The notes under the pieces: generated by a model
Told to the model about the DNA's origin: nothing
What the model saw: the letters and a program-made list of their open reading frames with translations, nothing else
Databases searched by the model: none
In this document: positions 10,639 to 20,359 of the stretch, piece by piece
Position numbering within the stretch: position 1 is the first letter of the stretch
How the letters are laid out: the number at the start of each line of letters is the position of its first letter
Assembly (NCBI GenBank): GCA_963664815.2
Contig: CAXXHB010000002.1
Span: 778,421 to 842,420 of the forward strand
Direction of reading: 5' to 3'
DNA length: 64,000 nt
DNA from: Spirochaetota bacterium
GTDB lineage: Bacteria; Spirochaetota; UBA4802; UBA5550
Position numbers and translations under genes: made by a program

Positions 10639-12018
10639 GTGCGGGAGAAAATATTACTTAATGAAAGGTTTGGTGTTGTTGAAATTAGTAAAACCGGAAT
10701 AATTACCGGTCATAATAGATACGCTGTGTCAGCACTCTCTCCGGTTAATAGAATAAATAAAACTGGAGATATAAGAGGTTTGAATATAGAGGTATTTACT
10801 CATGATGACAGTAAAAAGTCTTTTGATTTAGAAATACCAGCGAGATTTATCTTTTCAGTAAAAGGGATTAAACACATAGATACAATTTATTATAAGGAAA
10901 CGGAATCGGCTATAGTCAGGTTTGTGCAGAACAATGAAGCGTTATCTCCTTTTTTTAATGTGATACAATTATCTTCAACTCTATATATTGAACTTGATAC
11001 TGATCTTAATATTATATTTGCCACAGACTGGTTCTGGCAAATTTCAGGAGTAGAAAAATCCTTGTTTTGCGGAGAAGGTATTTCAGTATTTACTGATAAA
11101 AAGAATACCGGTAAAATAAATTCTACCTTGGAAATTTTCAACAAGAACATTGTCAGTTTGATTACACTTGAAGATATTCAGTTCACATTCAATGGCACTG
11201 CCCGTTTGTATGATCTTGAGATAACTCCGGTTAATGATGTCAAAGGCTCATTCGCTGGTATTATCTGTCACCTCATCGACAGATCTTATATCAGGAAATG
11301 CAGGGAGATGAGTAGAAGCATGAGAAGAATGAGTGCAGTGGCGAACTTTGCCGGTGGAATTGCACATGATTATAATAATGCTCTTACTGCAGTTCTTGGA
11401 AATTTGTCTCTTGCGAAAATGGATGTTGAGAAAGGGAGTGAACTGGAAGAACTGCTTAATGATGCCGAAAGTGCCGGGTTGAGAATTAAAATCCTTACGG
11501 AACGGCTTGGACTTTTTTCACGAGGAATGAAACCGGTAAAAACAAAGACGGACATAAAAAAGCTTATAGAAAACATCACACCTGAAATTTTTTCCGATTA
11601 TAAAGGCCATTATAAAATTACTGTTCAGGATAATCTCAATCTTCCGGAGATTGACCGCGAACTTATCAGTGAAGCTTTAAGTCACATTATTGAAAATGCC
11701 ATAGATGCGGTTGAAGGGACTGATGGAAATATTATAATAGAAGCAGAAGAGATTCAGGTGCAGAAGGAATCAGTATTCAGGGAAATTACACTTGTTTCTG
11801 GAAGATATGTTTTAATATCAGTAAAAGATAACGGGTCTGGTATTGATCCATATTCTTACAATGAAATATTTGATCCATATGTAACAACAAAGATCGGACG
11901 TGAAGGTCTGGGACTTGCACTTGCTTATACGATTATCAAAAGGCATAGAGGTTTTATCTCGGTTGAACCCTCCGAAAACGGCGGCTCTGTTTTCAGTATT
12001 TTTCTTCCACTATTTTAA
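10639..12018 (+). CDS. Cytoplasmic PAS-domain histidine kinase
   Basis: H-box GGIAHDYNN, N-box ENAIDA, G1 DNGSG, F-box FDPYVTTK, G2 GLGLA; no receiver domain. Confidence 0.88.
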   Translation: MREKILLNERFGVVEISKTGIITGHNRYAVSALSPVNRINKTGDIRGLNIEVFTHDDSKKSFDLEIPARFIFSVKGIKHIDTIYYKETESAIVRFVQNNEALSPFFNVIQLSSTLYIELDTDLNIIFATDWFWQISGVEKSLFCGEGISVFTDKKNTGKINSTLEIFNKNIVSLITLEDIQFTFNGTARLYDLEITPVNDVKGSFAGIICHLIDRSYIRKCREMSRSMRRMSAVANFAGGIAHDYNNALTAVLGNLSLAKMDVEKGSELEELLNDAESAGLRIKILTERLGLFSRGMKPVKTKTDIKKLIENITPEIFSDYKGHYKITVQDNLNLPEIDRELISEALSHIIENAIDAVEGTDGNIIIEAEEIQVQKESVFREITLVSGRYVLISVKDNGSGIDPYSYNEIFDPYVTTKIGREGLGLALAYTIIKRHRGFISVEPSENGGSVFSIFLPLF

Positions 12019-12363
12019 ATAATATTTGAATTTCATGATAACTGTATTTAAACAGGATTTTTTCATCATTTATAGTTGAAAAATACTTTTCCAGTTATTA
12101 ATTTTTAATGGTCTACCCATTTATGTTTCTTTAATTGCTTTTATAATTAAAATGTGATAATACTTTAAGAAGGCATGGCCATAAAATTTAATTTATAGAA
12201 AATTATTTTTAATTCAGAAGGGATGATACAAACACTCTTTGCAAACAGTAATGCAGTACCTCTAGCATGATCAATCTGAGATCTGAGAAATGACGTTGGA
12301 ATCAGTTTTTTGTTAATTGAAAGCCTGTTATTAAAAAACTCATTATTATATGGAGATTCATAT

Positions 12364-14922
12364 ATGAAGAAAATCAGAGAATTCAAGGTAGTCCCTTATC
12401 TTCCGGAAAGACTTAAGCCTCTTATGAAGATTGCAAATAATTTATGGTGGGTATGGAATTTTGAAGCAATAGACTTATTCAGGAGAATTGATGTTGATCT
12501 CTGGCGTGAAGTGGGCCATAATCCTATAAACTTTCTTGGAACACTGTCACAGAGAGCTCTTGACAGAGCTGCCGAATCAGAGAGCTTTGTTGCTCATATG
12601 CATAGAGTAGAAAATGAACTGGAACGTCACATGACAAGAATCTCATGGTATGACCAGAATAGTGAGAATATTAAACATCAGGTTATAGCTTATTACTCGG
12701 CTGAGTTTGGAATTCATGAATGCTTACCTATATACTCTGGTGGACTTGGAGTTCTGGCGGGAGATCATTTAAAATCTGCAAGTGAGCTGGGACTACCTCT
12801 TTACGGGATGGGGTTACTCTACAGACTTGGTTACTTCAGGCAATATCTTAACCTTGATGGATGGCAGCAGGAGAGATATCCAGAAACTGACTTCTATAAT
12901 ATACCGATAAATCCAGTTATTGATGAATCAGGAGAACAATTGGTTATAGGTGTGGAATATCCAGGCAGAATGGTTTATGCAAAAATCTGGGTAGTGCTGA
13001 TAGGTAAAGTGAAATTGTTCCTCCTGGATGCAAATATCGAACTCAATAGCATTGATGACAGAGCAATAACAGATCAGCTTTATGGCGGAGATAATGAGAT
13101 GAGAATTCGGCAGGAAATCATGCTTGGCATCGGAGGCGTAAGAGCATTCAGAGCAATGGGGATTAATATTACAGTATATCACATGAATGAAGGGCATGCG
13201 GCTTTTCTGGCTATTGAAAGGATAAGATTGGAGATGAAAGAGCATGGCATGACATTCAATGAAGCTCTTTCATATGTGACAGCAAGTAACCTTTTTACAA
13301 CACATACCCCTGTTCCTGCAGGGAATGACCGTTTTCTTCCTGAAATGATTGATAGGTATTTTTCTGATATTTACAAAGAACTTGGAATTGATTCTGATGC
13401 GTTTATGGCTTTAGGGAGGGAAAATCCTTTTGATAAAAAAGAGGAGTTTTGTATGACGGTTCTAGCGGTAAAATCTGCTTTTGGCTGCAATGGTGTATCA
13501 AAACTTCATGGAGAAGTTTCAAGAAAAATGTGGAACAATATATGGCCGCAGCTTCCATCACATGAAGTTCCTATAGGACACATTACAAATGGTATACAAA
13601 CTCTTTCATGGACTTCTGATGAAATGATGAGGCTTTTTAACAGGTATCTTGGACCAGACTGGATTGATAATCCCGCTTCAAAAGATATTTGGAAAGGAAT
13701 TGATAATATCCCAGATTCTGAGTTATGGAGATGTAGGGAAAGATTGAGGGAAAGACTGGTTAGTTTTTCAAGAAAACGCCTTCATAATCAACTGGTGGCA
13801 AGAGGTGTTCCAAAAAAACAGGCAATAGTCGCCAGTTCTGTACTCGACTCCGAAGCGCTGACAATAGGGTTTGCCCGAAGATTTGCAACTTATAAGAGAG
13901 CAACGCTTCTTTTTCGCGATATGGAAAGGTTATATAATATATTATCATCACAGAAGCGACCGGTACAGATTGTGTTTTCCGGGAAAGCACATCCTAGAGA
14001 TGCGTTGGGAAAAGAATTTATAAAAGAGATAATACATACTTCGCGTGATGAGAAACTGAGAAAAAAAATTGTATTCCTTGAAGATTACGATATCAATGTT
14101 GCAAGGTATATTGTGCAGGGTGTAGATATCTGGCTAAACAATCCTATTAGACCAAAAGAGGCATCTGGTACCAGTGGAATGAAAGTAGTACCAAATGGTG
14201 GAATAAATGTCAGTATCCTAGACGGGTGGTGGGATGAGGCTTATAATTCAAATAATGGATGGGCTATTGGCAGCGGCGAGATATATGACGATCAGAATTA
14301 CCAGGATGAGGTAGAGAGCCTTTCACTGTACAATCTTCTGGAGGAGGAAATTATTCCGTTATTTTACTCAAGAGCGGATGACGGGATCCCTGAGGCCTGG
14401 CTTGCAAAAATAAAGGAGTCTATGAAAAGTATTATTCCAGAATTTAATACCAACAGAATGGTTAAGGATTATACTGAAAAATATTACCACCTTGCCCATA
14501 CAAATTATACAGAGTACCTTAAAGATAAACTCAAAGTATCTAAGGAACTTGCAGCGTGGAAGGAGAAAATAAAAAAAGTCTGGCCTGATGCGCGTGTCCT
14601 TGAAATGAATATTGAAGATGAAACGGTTGTCACTGTGGGTTCGGTTCTTCGTGTCAGTGCAAAAATTAATCTGGGGAAAATATCTCCGGAAGATGTGCTC
14701 ACAGAACTATACTTTGGGTCTGTGGATCAGTTCGGTGACATAAGCGATGGGGTTGCGGTACCGATGGATCGTGTTGGCAGTGATGGAGATGGATTATATT
14801 CCTATACAGGTCAGATGTTATGTCTCCAGTCTGGACGTTTTGGTTACAGTGTAAGAATCATCCCATTCAACCGGAATATGTCGAGAAAGTTCGATCCTGA
14901 ACTTCCACTCACATGGGCTTAA
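12364..14922 (+). CDS. glgP: Alpha-glucan (glycogen) phosphorylase
   Basis: YSGGLGVLAGDHLKSAS, HMNEGH, FARRFATYKR, PLP motif EASGTSGMK; RBS GGAG before ATG 12364. Confidence 0.96.
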   Translation: MKKIREFKVVPYLPERLKPLMKIANNLWWVWNFEAIDLFRRIDVDLWREVGHNPINFLGTLSQRALDRAAESESFVAHMHRVENELERHMTRISWYDQNSENIKHQVIAYYSAEFGIHECLPIYSGGLGVLAGDHLKSASELGLPLYGMGLLYRLGYFRQYLNLDGWQQERYPETDFYNIPINPVIDESGEQLVIGVEYPGRMVYAKIWVVLIGKVKLFLLDANIELNSIDDRAITDQLYGGDNEMRIRQEIMLGIGGVRAFRAMGINITVYHMNEGHAAFLAIERIRLEMKEHGMTFNEALSYVTASNLFTTHTPVPAGNDRFLPEMIDRYFSDIYKELGIDSDAFMALGRENPFDKKEEFCMTVLAVKSAFGCNGVSKLHGEVSRKMWNNIWPQLPSHEVPIGHITNGIQTLSWTSDEMMRLFNRYLGPDWIDNPASKDIWKGIDNIPDSELWRCRERLRERLVSFSRKRLHNQLVARGVPKKQAIVASSVLDSEALTIGFARRFATYKRATLLFRDMERLYNILSSQKRPVQIVFSGKAHPRDALGKEFIKEIIHTSRDEKLRKKIVFLEDYDINVARYIVQGVDIWLNNPIRPKEASGTSGMKVVPNGGINVSILDGWWDEAYNSNNGWAIGSGEIYDDQNYQDEVESLSLYNLLEEEIIPLFYSRADDGIPEAWLAKIKESMKSIIPEFNTNRMVKDYTEKYYHLAHTNYTEYLKDKLKVSKELAAWKEKIKKVWPDARVLEMNIEDETVVTVGSVLRVSAKINLGKISPEDVLTELYFGSVDQFGDISDGVAVPMDRVGSDGDGLYSYTGQMLCLQSGRFGYSVRIIPFNRNMSRKFDPELPLTWA

Positions 14923-15002
14923 AATTTTTTAAAAAAATTTTATTTTAACTGTTTGACTTATTTAATATAAATTCTAGTATTGAAACGAATCATACCAGCA
15001 GT

Positions 15003-15030
15003 AACGGCAGTATATCTGCCGTTTCTTCAT
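15003..15030 (+). terminator. Probable intrinsic terminator downstream of glgP
   Basis: AACGGCAG-TATAT-CTGCCGTT followed by a T-rich tract. Confidence 0.55.
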
Positions 15031-15122
15031 TTTCGTTTGTTGAAAATATTTCGTTATTTAAATTATACTAAAAATGATAATTTATCGTCAGATGTAATAT
15101 CAATATCTGTAAAAGGAATTAT

Positions 15123-15257
15123 ATGCGTGAAGCTAATAATATAAGTGATACAATTAAAAATAAACAATATATGGACAAAATAAGAGAGTCTCTAATAAAA
15201 AAAAATATTGAAGATAATAATAAGGAAGAGCTTGAATTTCTTCTGAAAAGGCTTTAA
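15123..15257 (+). CDS. Unannotated 44-aa small protein
   Basis: AAAGGAATTAT-ATG; MREANNISDTIKNKQYMDKIRESLIKKNIEDNNKEELEFLLKRL*; stop lies 7 nt from the convergent AAA gene. Confidence 0.5.
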   Translation: MREANNISDTIKNKQYMDKIRESLIKKNIEDNNKEELEFLLKRL

Positions 15258-15264
15258 TAAAAAA

Positions 15265-16518
15265 TCATATAATTGAATTTTTCCAGAGTTGTACTGATTG
15301 CCGATAGTAATCAAAGGGAGGAGGCCCGATTTCCGTTTTTTGAATTATAAGTCTTCTTGCCCATCTTCTTTCTGTAAGTTCACAAATATCTTTTATATTT
15401 CTTCCTGCCAGAGTTTCAGTTTTAGAACTTAAAAAAAGACAGTCATTATCGGATAGCTGTTTTGCATAATTGCTGAATATAGCTGCACGTTCTTCGGCGT
15501 TCGGATATGGAAATTTTATAATCTGGTCGAACCTGCTTAGGAGTGCACTGTCGAGATCATTCATTCTGTTGGTGGCTCCAATAGTCAATGTTTTTTCAGC
15601 AGCATCAATACCGTCTAGTTTTCTCAACAGTACTGATAGTATTCTTCGGGTTGCTTCAAACATATTCTGATCTCTTGACCCAGCTAGAGAATCTATTTCA
15701 TCAAGGAAAATTACAGCGCCTCCCATAAGATCGCACATATCAAAAATTTCTGACATGTTTTTGGAGGATTGCCCGTACCATTTAGACATTATGGATTCAA
15801 CGGGCACATATACCAGTGGGAGGCTGCTCTCCCCGGCAATAATTCTTGCTGCAGTTGTTTTACCAACACCTGGGGGCCCTTCGAAGAGTATTGCTTTTGG
15901 CCTATTAGACTCAAAACTCTTTCTGGTCATACCGGCTATCGTATCGTAGATTTCAGGGTTCTGTATTGGAAGAATTATCGATTCTTTTATTTTTCTTTTT
16001 ATATCGGCATAACCGGCTATATAATCCCAGTTGGGAGTATCATTGCCATTAATTATAGAAGCTCCGAGTTCCTTGAGCCTTTCTTCAGGACTGAATAATG
16101 CTCCTGAATTCATACACCGGATTATTTCTATGACTGAATTTATCTCTTCCTGTGAAAGATTACCTTTCTTTGTTATCTCAACATAAGAATTTACAATACT
16201 GAAAAAATCTATTTTCAGATTATCAGTAATATTTTCAGTGTTAAAGATATTATTGTTAAGGGATTGAAAGCTGTAATGACCCTTTTCAAAGGATAGTATT
16301 CTCAAATTTTCAATATGCTTTTTTATAATCTCAAGTGAATCAAAAAGCATAATATCGGTTAAAGAGGGAATCCCTGCTTTTATTCTGCTTAATCCTTTCT
16401 GAAATTCTATAGTGAGTCCAGTATCAGAAGTGGCATTTCCCGGAAGTCCGATTAATGCAGTTTCAATCTGATTTTTCATCTGGTCAAAGGAGATGAGATC
16501 GTTTTGCGAATTATTCAT
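15265..16518 (-). CDS. Classical-clade AAA+ ATPase (single AAA module)
   Basis: Walker A GPPGVGKT, pore loop SKWYG, Walker B IFLDEID, SRH GATNRMNDLDSALLSRFD. Confidence 0.9.
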   Translation of the reverse strand: MNNSQNDLISFDQMKNQIETALIGLPGNATSDTGLTIEFQKGLSRIKAGIPSLTDIMLFDSLEIIKKHIENLRILSFEKGHYSFQSLNNNIFNTENITDNLKIDFFSIVNSYVEITKKGNLSQEEINSVIEIIRCMNSGALFSPEERLKELGASIINGNDTPNWDYIAGYADIKRKIKESIILPIQNPEIYDTIAGMTRKSFESNRPKAILFEGPPGVGKTTAARIIAGESSLPLVYVPVESIMSKWYGQSSKNMSEIFDMCDLMGGAVIFLDEIDSLAGSRDQNMFEATRRILSVLLRKLDGIDAAEKTLTIGATNRMNDLDSALLSRFDQIIKFPYPNAEERAAIFSNYAKQLSDNDCLFLSSKTETLAGRNIKDICELTERRWARRLIIQKTEIGPPPFDYYRQSVQLWKNSII

Positions 16519-16534
16519 TATTATCAGCAGCCTC

Positions 16535-17137
16535 TTATAGAATGAATTTTAGTTTTATAACTTTGCGGCATTTTTCCATCATTTTTGTATAATCTTCATT
16601 CCATTCACTTTTAATAATTACAAGGAATATTTCACTTTTCCTTATTTTGAGCAAATCAATTTTTTCACCACTATCATCAAGATCTACAATACCTGAAATT
16701 TCCCTGGTACATAAGTATTTACCTTCACTTTTAAATACATTGTTAAATTTATGTTCTTTATCATCGGCATAATACCAAAAATTTGGAGAATTTAATGAAA
16801 GGTAGATTACAGAATCTCTGTTAAAAAGTTCTTCGACAATTCCGGTTTTTTTAAATCCTGATAGATCATTTAGGGGTAAACCTGATTTTGCGTTATTAAA
16901 GGTTTCCGGTGAAAAAGAGGCATGGACAAAAACGGTATCCGGTTTAGAAAATCGGAATTTAATCGAAAACCTGGTTCTTCTTATTTCGGCTGTATCATCA
17001 AAAATATTAATTAAATGTCCATCCTGTTCAATCGATATATCAATTGTGTCTTCCTGGATTTTTTTAATGTTTTGATCGGAGGAACATCCGTATAACGCGA
17101 TTCCCATCATGATGAAGAAACATAATAGTTTATTCAT
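16535..17137 (-). CDS. Hypothetical lipoprotein
   Basis: Lipobox LYGC after hydrophobic signal. Confidence 0.75.
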   Translation of the reverse strand: MNKLLCFFIMMGIALYGCSSDQNIKKIQEDTIDISIEQDGHLINIFDDTAEIRRTRFSIKFRFSKPDTVFVHASFSPETFNNAKSGLPLNDLSGFKKTGIVEELFNRDSVIYLSLNSPNFWYYADDKEHKFNNVFKSEGKYLCTREISGIVDLDDSGEKIDLLKIRKSEIFLVIIKSEWNEDYTKMMEKCRKVIKLKFIL

Positions 17138-17225
17138 TTTGACCTGCCATGTTTAGTAAACCGGAGAGCAAAGCTTTTTTTAATCGATTATTTTAAACAG
17201 CTAATAGCCATAAACGGAAGTCTTT

Positions 17226-17759
17226 TTAACGATTCCTTATCTTTATTAATATTAAAAGTAAAGTTTTTTTTATTATAAAATAGACACCTGTAAAAAAAAT
17301 AATTCCCAGGATTCCATAGAATATTGTTTCAATGTTAAAAGAGATTCCCGGAACAAAATTTTTTAGTGCTGCTTTGCATATTTCAGTATCCATGTCCCTG
17401 ATGAAAACAACAAATTTAGAGATTCCTTTAGATTCGGTGAGATTTTTTAATGCCGCTGATAGTTCGTTAAATCTATCTATATTTTCTGACATGATTTTTC
17501 CGGTAGAAACAAATTCCTTAACATTGGATTGCAGGTGCAGTCCTATATATTCATCAACAGTACGGCCGTTATCAGCTGCCGCTAACCTGTATTTTTTTAT
17601 AAGGAGAGTAAGTTCGTCAACATGGCCTCCAAGTCTCTGCCGGTATTGTATGAGAAATGCCGGACACTGAATGAAAATAATAAAACCTCCGGCTGCTATT
17701 GCACGATCAAATATTGATTCAAAGAAAATGCCTGCTAGTTTTAAAATTCTGGTAATCAT
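17226..17759 (-). CDS. DUF2937-family membrane protein
   Basis: QCPAFLIQYRQRLGGHVDEL motif; N- and C-terminal TM. Confidence 0.75.
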   Translation of the reverse strand: MITRILKLAGIFFESIFDRAIAAGGFIIFIQCPAFLIQYRQRLGGHVDELTLLIKKYRLAAADNGRTVDEYIGLHLQSNVKEFVSTGKIMSENIDRFNELSAALKNLTESKGISKFVVFIRDMDTEICKAALKNFVPGISFNIETIFYGILGIIFFTGVYFIIKKTLLLILIKIRNR

Positions 17760-17760
17760 A

Positions 17761-18168
17761 TTATTTCTGATTCCTTTTATTAATTGTCTCTGAATCCATT
17801 ACACAAGTTGCAAGAATACCTCCCCTTATATTATAGACTGTTTTGATTGAAAGAAAAACCGGCTGAATGCAATTCCATATATCCTTATAAATTCTGTCTG
17901 TTGCAGCTTCCTGGTAAATGCCAACATTCCTAAAAGATGTATAGTAATACTTAAGAGATTTAAGTTCAATAATTCTGTTATTTGGGATATATTCTATCTC
18001 AACAGACGCGATGTCGGGAAGACCGGAAAATGGACATACAGAACTGAACTCTTCAGTTTCATATTTTATTCTTTGCGGATTGCCTGTGTATTCAATACTT
18101 TCAAGTAGTGCTGCATCAATATAGCTTGCATCCACAAAGGAAAAGGTTTTTCCTTCAGCAGTTGGCAT
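17761..18168 (-). CDS. queF: NADPH-dependent 7-cyano-7-deazaguanine (preQ0) reductase, short type
   Basis: EFSSVCPFSGLPD, QueF motif ELKSLKYY, YNIRGGI. Confidence 0.92.
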   Translation of the reverse strand: MPTAEGKTFSFVDASYIDAALLESIEYTGNPQRIKYETEEFSSVCPFSGLPDIASVEIEYIPNNRIIELKSLKYYYTSFRNVGIYQEAATDRIYKDIWNCIQPVFLSIKTVYNIRGGILATCVMDSETINKRNQK

Positions 18169-18198
18169 AATATTTCTCCTGAGATTAATATTATAAAT

Positions 18199-18228
18199 AT
18201 TATAACAATTCTATGTTATTTAAGTCAA
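18199..18228 (-). promoter_or_regulatory. sigma70-type promoter for queF
   Basis: TTGACT-N18-TATAAT with TG extension on the minus strand. Confidence 0.6.
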
Positions 18229-18260
18229 GAAAAAAGGAGTGATGAAAGTATATCTGTTTA

Positions 18261-18938
18261 TTACCGAATTTCTTTTATTTTAAATAATGCTTTGTTCTTA
18301 TCAGTAACTGAAAATTCAGAATTACAGTATGGACAAAGTTGATCTCCAGGTTCTTTTATTCTTATAAGGGACTTACATTTTATGCATTCAATAATGAAAG
18401 CTTCAAATAAAGCATCGTTATTTTTAACTTCTGTAATGTCAACCGAAGTCTGATGTTCAGGTGTTTCAATGATTGATAAAAGATCTACAGAGGTAGACTT
18501 ATTTTTTAAACTTTCTTCTGAAATGGGTTCATCTTGAGTATTGTCTTTTTCGAAAATTTGTGGTACTGGTTCTTTTGGGAAGAGTTCCATATGTCTATCC
18601 AGTATGTGCAAGGCTTCAGATCTATCTGAAACAATGTTGAATAATAAATCAAATCCGAGTAATTTGAGCAGAGAAGTGATTTCATAGTTAAGATTAAAAA
18701 AAACCGTCAGTCCGTTTTTTTCATTTGTAAACTTCTGTAACATAAGAATAGCGCCTATACCGATACTGCTTATAAAATTAAGATTTTTCATATCTATAAG
18801 GAGATAGATAATGTTGTTATCAAGTAACTTGTTGATATAATCATCAAAGTCTGGAGCTGAGTCGCTGCTGAGATGCCCGTCAATTTCGATTATTGCTGCG
18901 GATTGTTCACCAATATCGGTATGTTTTATAAAAAACAT
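18261..18938 (-). CDS. STAS (anti-anti-sigma) protein with C-terminal CxxC..CxxC zinc ribbon
   Basis: IDMKNLNFISSIGIG; CIKC...CPYC. Confidence 0.85.
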   Translation of the reverse strand: MFFIKHTDIGEQSAAIIEIDGHLSSDSAPDFDDYINKLLDNNIIYLLIDMKNLNFISSIGIGAILMLQKFTNEKNGLTVFFNLNYEITSLLKLLGFDLLFNIVSDRSEALHILDRHMELFPKEPVPQIFEKDNTQDEPISEESLKNKSTSVDLLSIIETPEHQTSVDITEVKNNDALFEAFIIECIKCKSLIRIKEPGDQLCPYCNSEFSVTDKNKALFKIKEIR

Positions 18939-18941
18939 TTA

Positions 18942-20165
18942 TTACCTCTGTTTCCGAATCGGAATTGCGTCACGAATTTCTCTATCAATAATAGATTTTT
19001 TATAATCTTCAAGGTTTATTACCGGGGCAATATACTCTTTAATCCTTTCAGGTTCTTCGATATATGATGCCAGTTCATTTTCTGGCTCAATTTCACCAAG
19101 TAGTTCTACAGTTATATATTCGTCTTCGTCGGGAGGAGTTTCATGTATCTTGATCGGAAGAACTTCCCCGGGTATTTTGTTATGGATAACTATCCCACTA
19201 TTGCGTGATATGGTGACAGAATTTCCGGTTTCATCCTCTTCAACTATGTCATTATCAAAATCATCCTCTATGATGAAATCCATATCATGGTCTATGGTAT
19301 TACTGTCTGGGAAAATAGTGTGTGAATCTTCCTGATCGTGAGTTATATCAGCTATTGTTAACGGGATATTCGGAGGAGTTTCTGTCAATAAAATTAAATT
19401 TTGATCGGTTAACGACTTTAAAGCATTTTTCTGTATTGAACGGTATCTGAAAAGTATAATTAATGAGACAAAAAAAGAGATTATCATGGAAGCCATAACA
19501 ACCAGAATTGAGTAGTGTTTTGCCTGATTTATTGATTCATTAATTGATGCATAAACACGGTCTTTACTTACTATAAAGTTTACAGTTCCAACCGGTTTAT
19601 CTTTAAAATAAACAGCCTTGGTAAATAGCCAACCAGTGCTGTTTAAGTCTTTATAGACGTATTTCTTTAAGAAATCTTTTTCATTACGCTTAAACGGGAT
19701 TATTTTGTTTATAATATTATAATTATTCAGAATAAGATCTCTGTTTTTCGTTTTAACGGGAAATAGAATCATATCAAGATTGTACGACATTTCATCGCTG
19801 GCTATGTTACCTATAAGCTCCTTTTCTATTGTTGTACTTGAGTGTACAATTAATTTCCCATCATTGAGTACAAAAAAAGCTTCATCAATTGTGCTTTCTT
19901 CAATTTTTTCATGAAAGAGAGTTTTTAAAGAGGAGTATTTTTTTGTGGAATAACTGAATTCAGCAACTCTTGTGAAAGCCTCAGCCATTGTTTTTGAATA
20001 GTTAATTGTATATTTTTCAATTTTTGATAGATTCCTTTTTCCGGAAAAATAAAAATATGATACAACCCCTGCTGTTCCTATTATGGATTCCGCGATAAAC
20101 ATTAGCAGAAAAATGCCAACTGGAAAGAATAACCTTTTAAGCTTTGTTTTTTTAGGTTTTGTCAT
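18942..20165 (-). CDS. Hypothetical membrane protein (2 TM, periplasmic domain, acidic cytoplasmic tail)
   Basis: Two hydrophobic segments flank about 180 aa; D/E-rich C-terminal half. Confidence 0.75.
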   Translation of the reverse strand: MTKPKKTKLKRLFFPVGIFLLMFIAESIIGTAGVVSYFYFSGKRNLSKIEKYTINYSKTMAEAFTRVAEFSYSTKKYSSLKTLFHEKIEESTIDEAFFVLNDGKLIVHSSTTIEKELIGNIASDEMSYNLDMILFPVKTKNRDLILNNYNIINKIIPFKRNEKDFLKKYVYKDLNSTGWLFTKAVYFKDKPVGTVNFIVSKDRVYASINESINQAKHYSILVVMASMIISFFVSLIILFRYRSIQKNALKSLTDQNLILLTETPPNIPLTIADITHDQEDSHTIFPDSNTIDHDMDFIIEDDFDNDIVEEDETGNSVTISRNSGIVIHNKIPGEVLPIKIHETPPDEDEYITVELLGEIEPENELASYIEEPERIKEYIAPVINLEDYKKSIIDREIRDAIPIRKQR

Positions 20166-20295
20166 AGTATACTCTGTTATTGCTTTTTAGAAAACTGAAT
20201 TTCCTGCCGGAAGCTATATGCCGGCTTTATTTAAACTACCAGTTTATATCAGCTTAAGTAGCTGATTGTTAACTGAAGTGAGAAATCCATTTATA

Positions 20296-20323
20296 ATATC
20301 GGTAATATGTTAATTTCGATTGA
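20296..20323 (-). promoter_or_regulatory. Possible sigma28-type promoter
   Basis: TCAA-N16-ACCGATAT on the minus strand (consensus TAAA-N15-GCCGATAA). Confidence 0.35.
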
Positions 20324-20359
20324 TAAAAAAAGGTCATTAATATCGTATGTTTTATTATT

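Noticed and set aside
12019-12363. Long leader before glgP as a possible riboswitch
   Set aside because: No recognisable aptamer consensus or terminator
18169-18260. preQ1 riboswitch upstream of queF
   Set aside because: The leader is only about 30 nt after the promoter and lacks the preQ1 consensus
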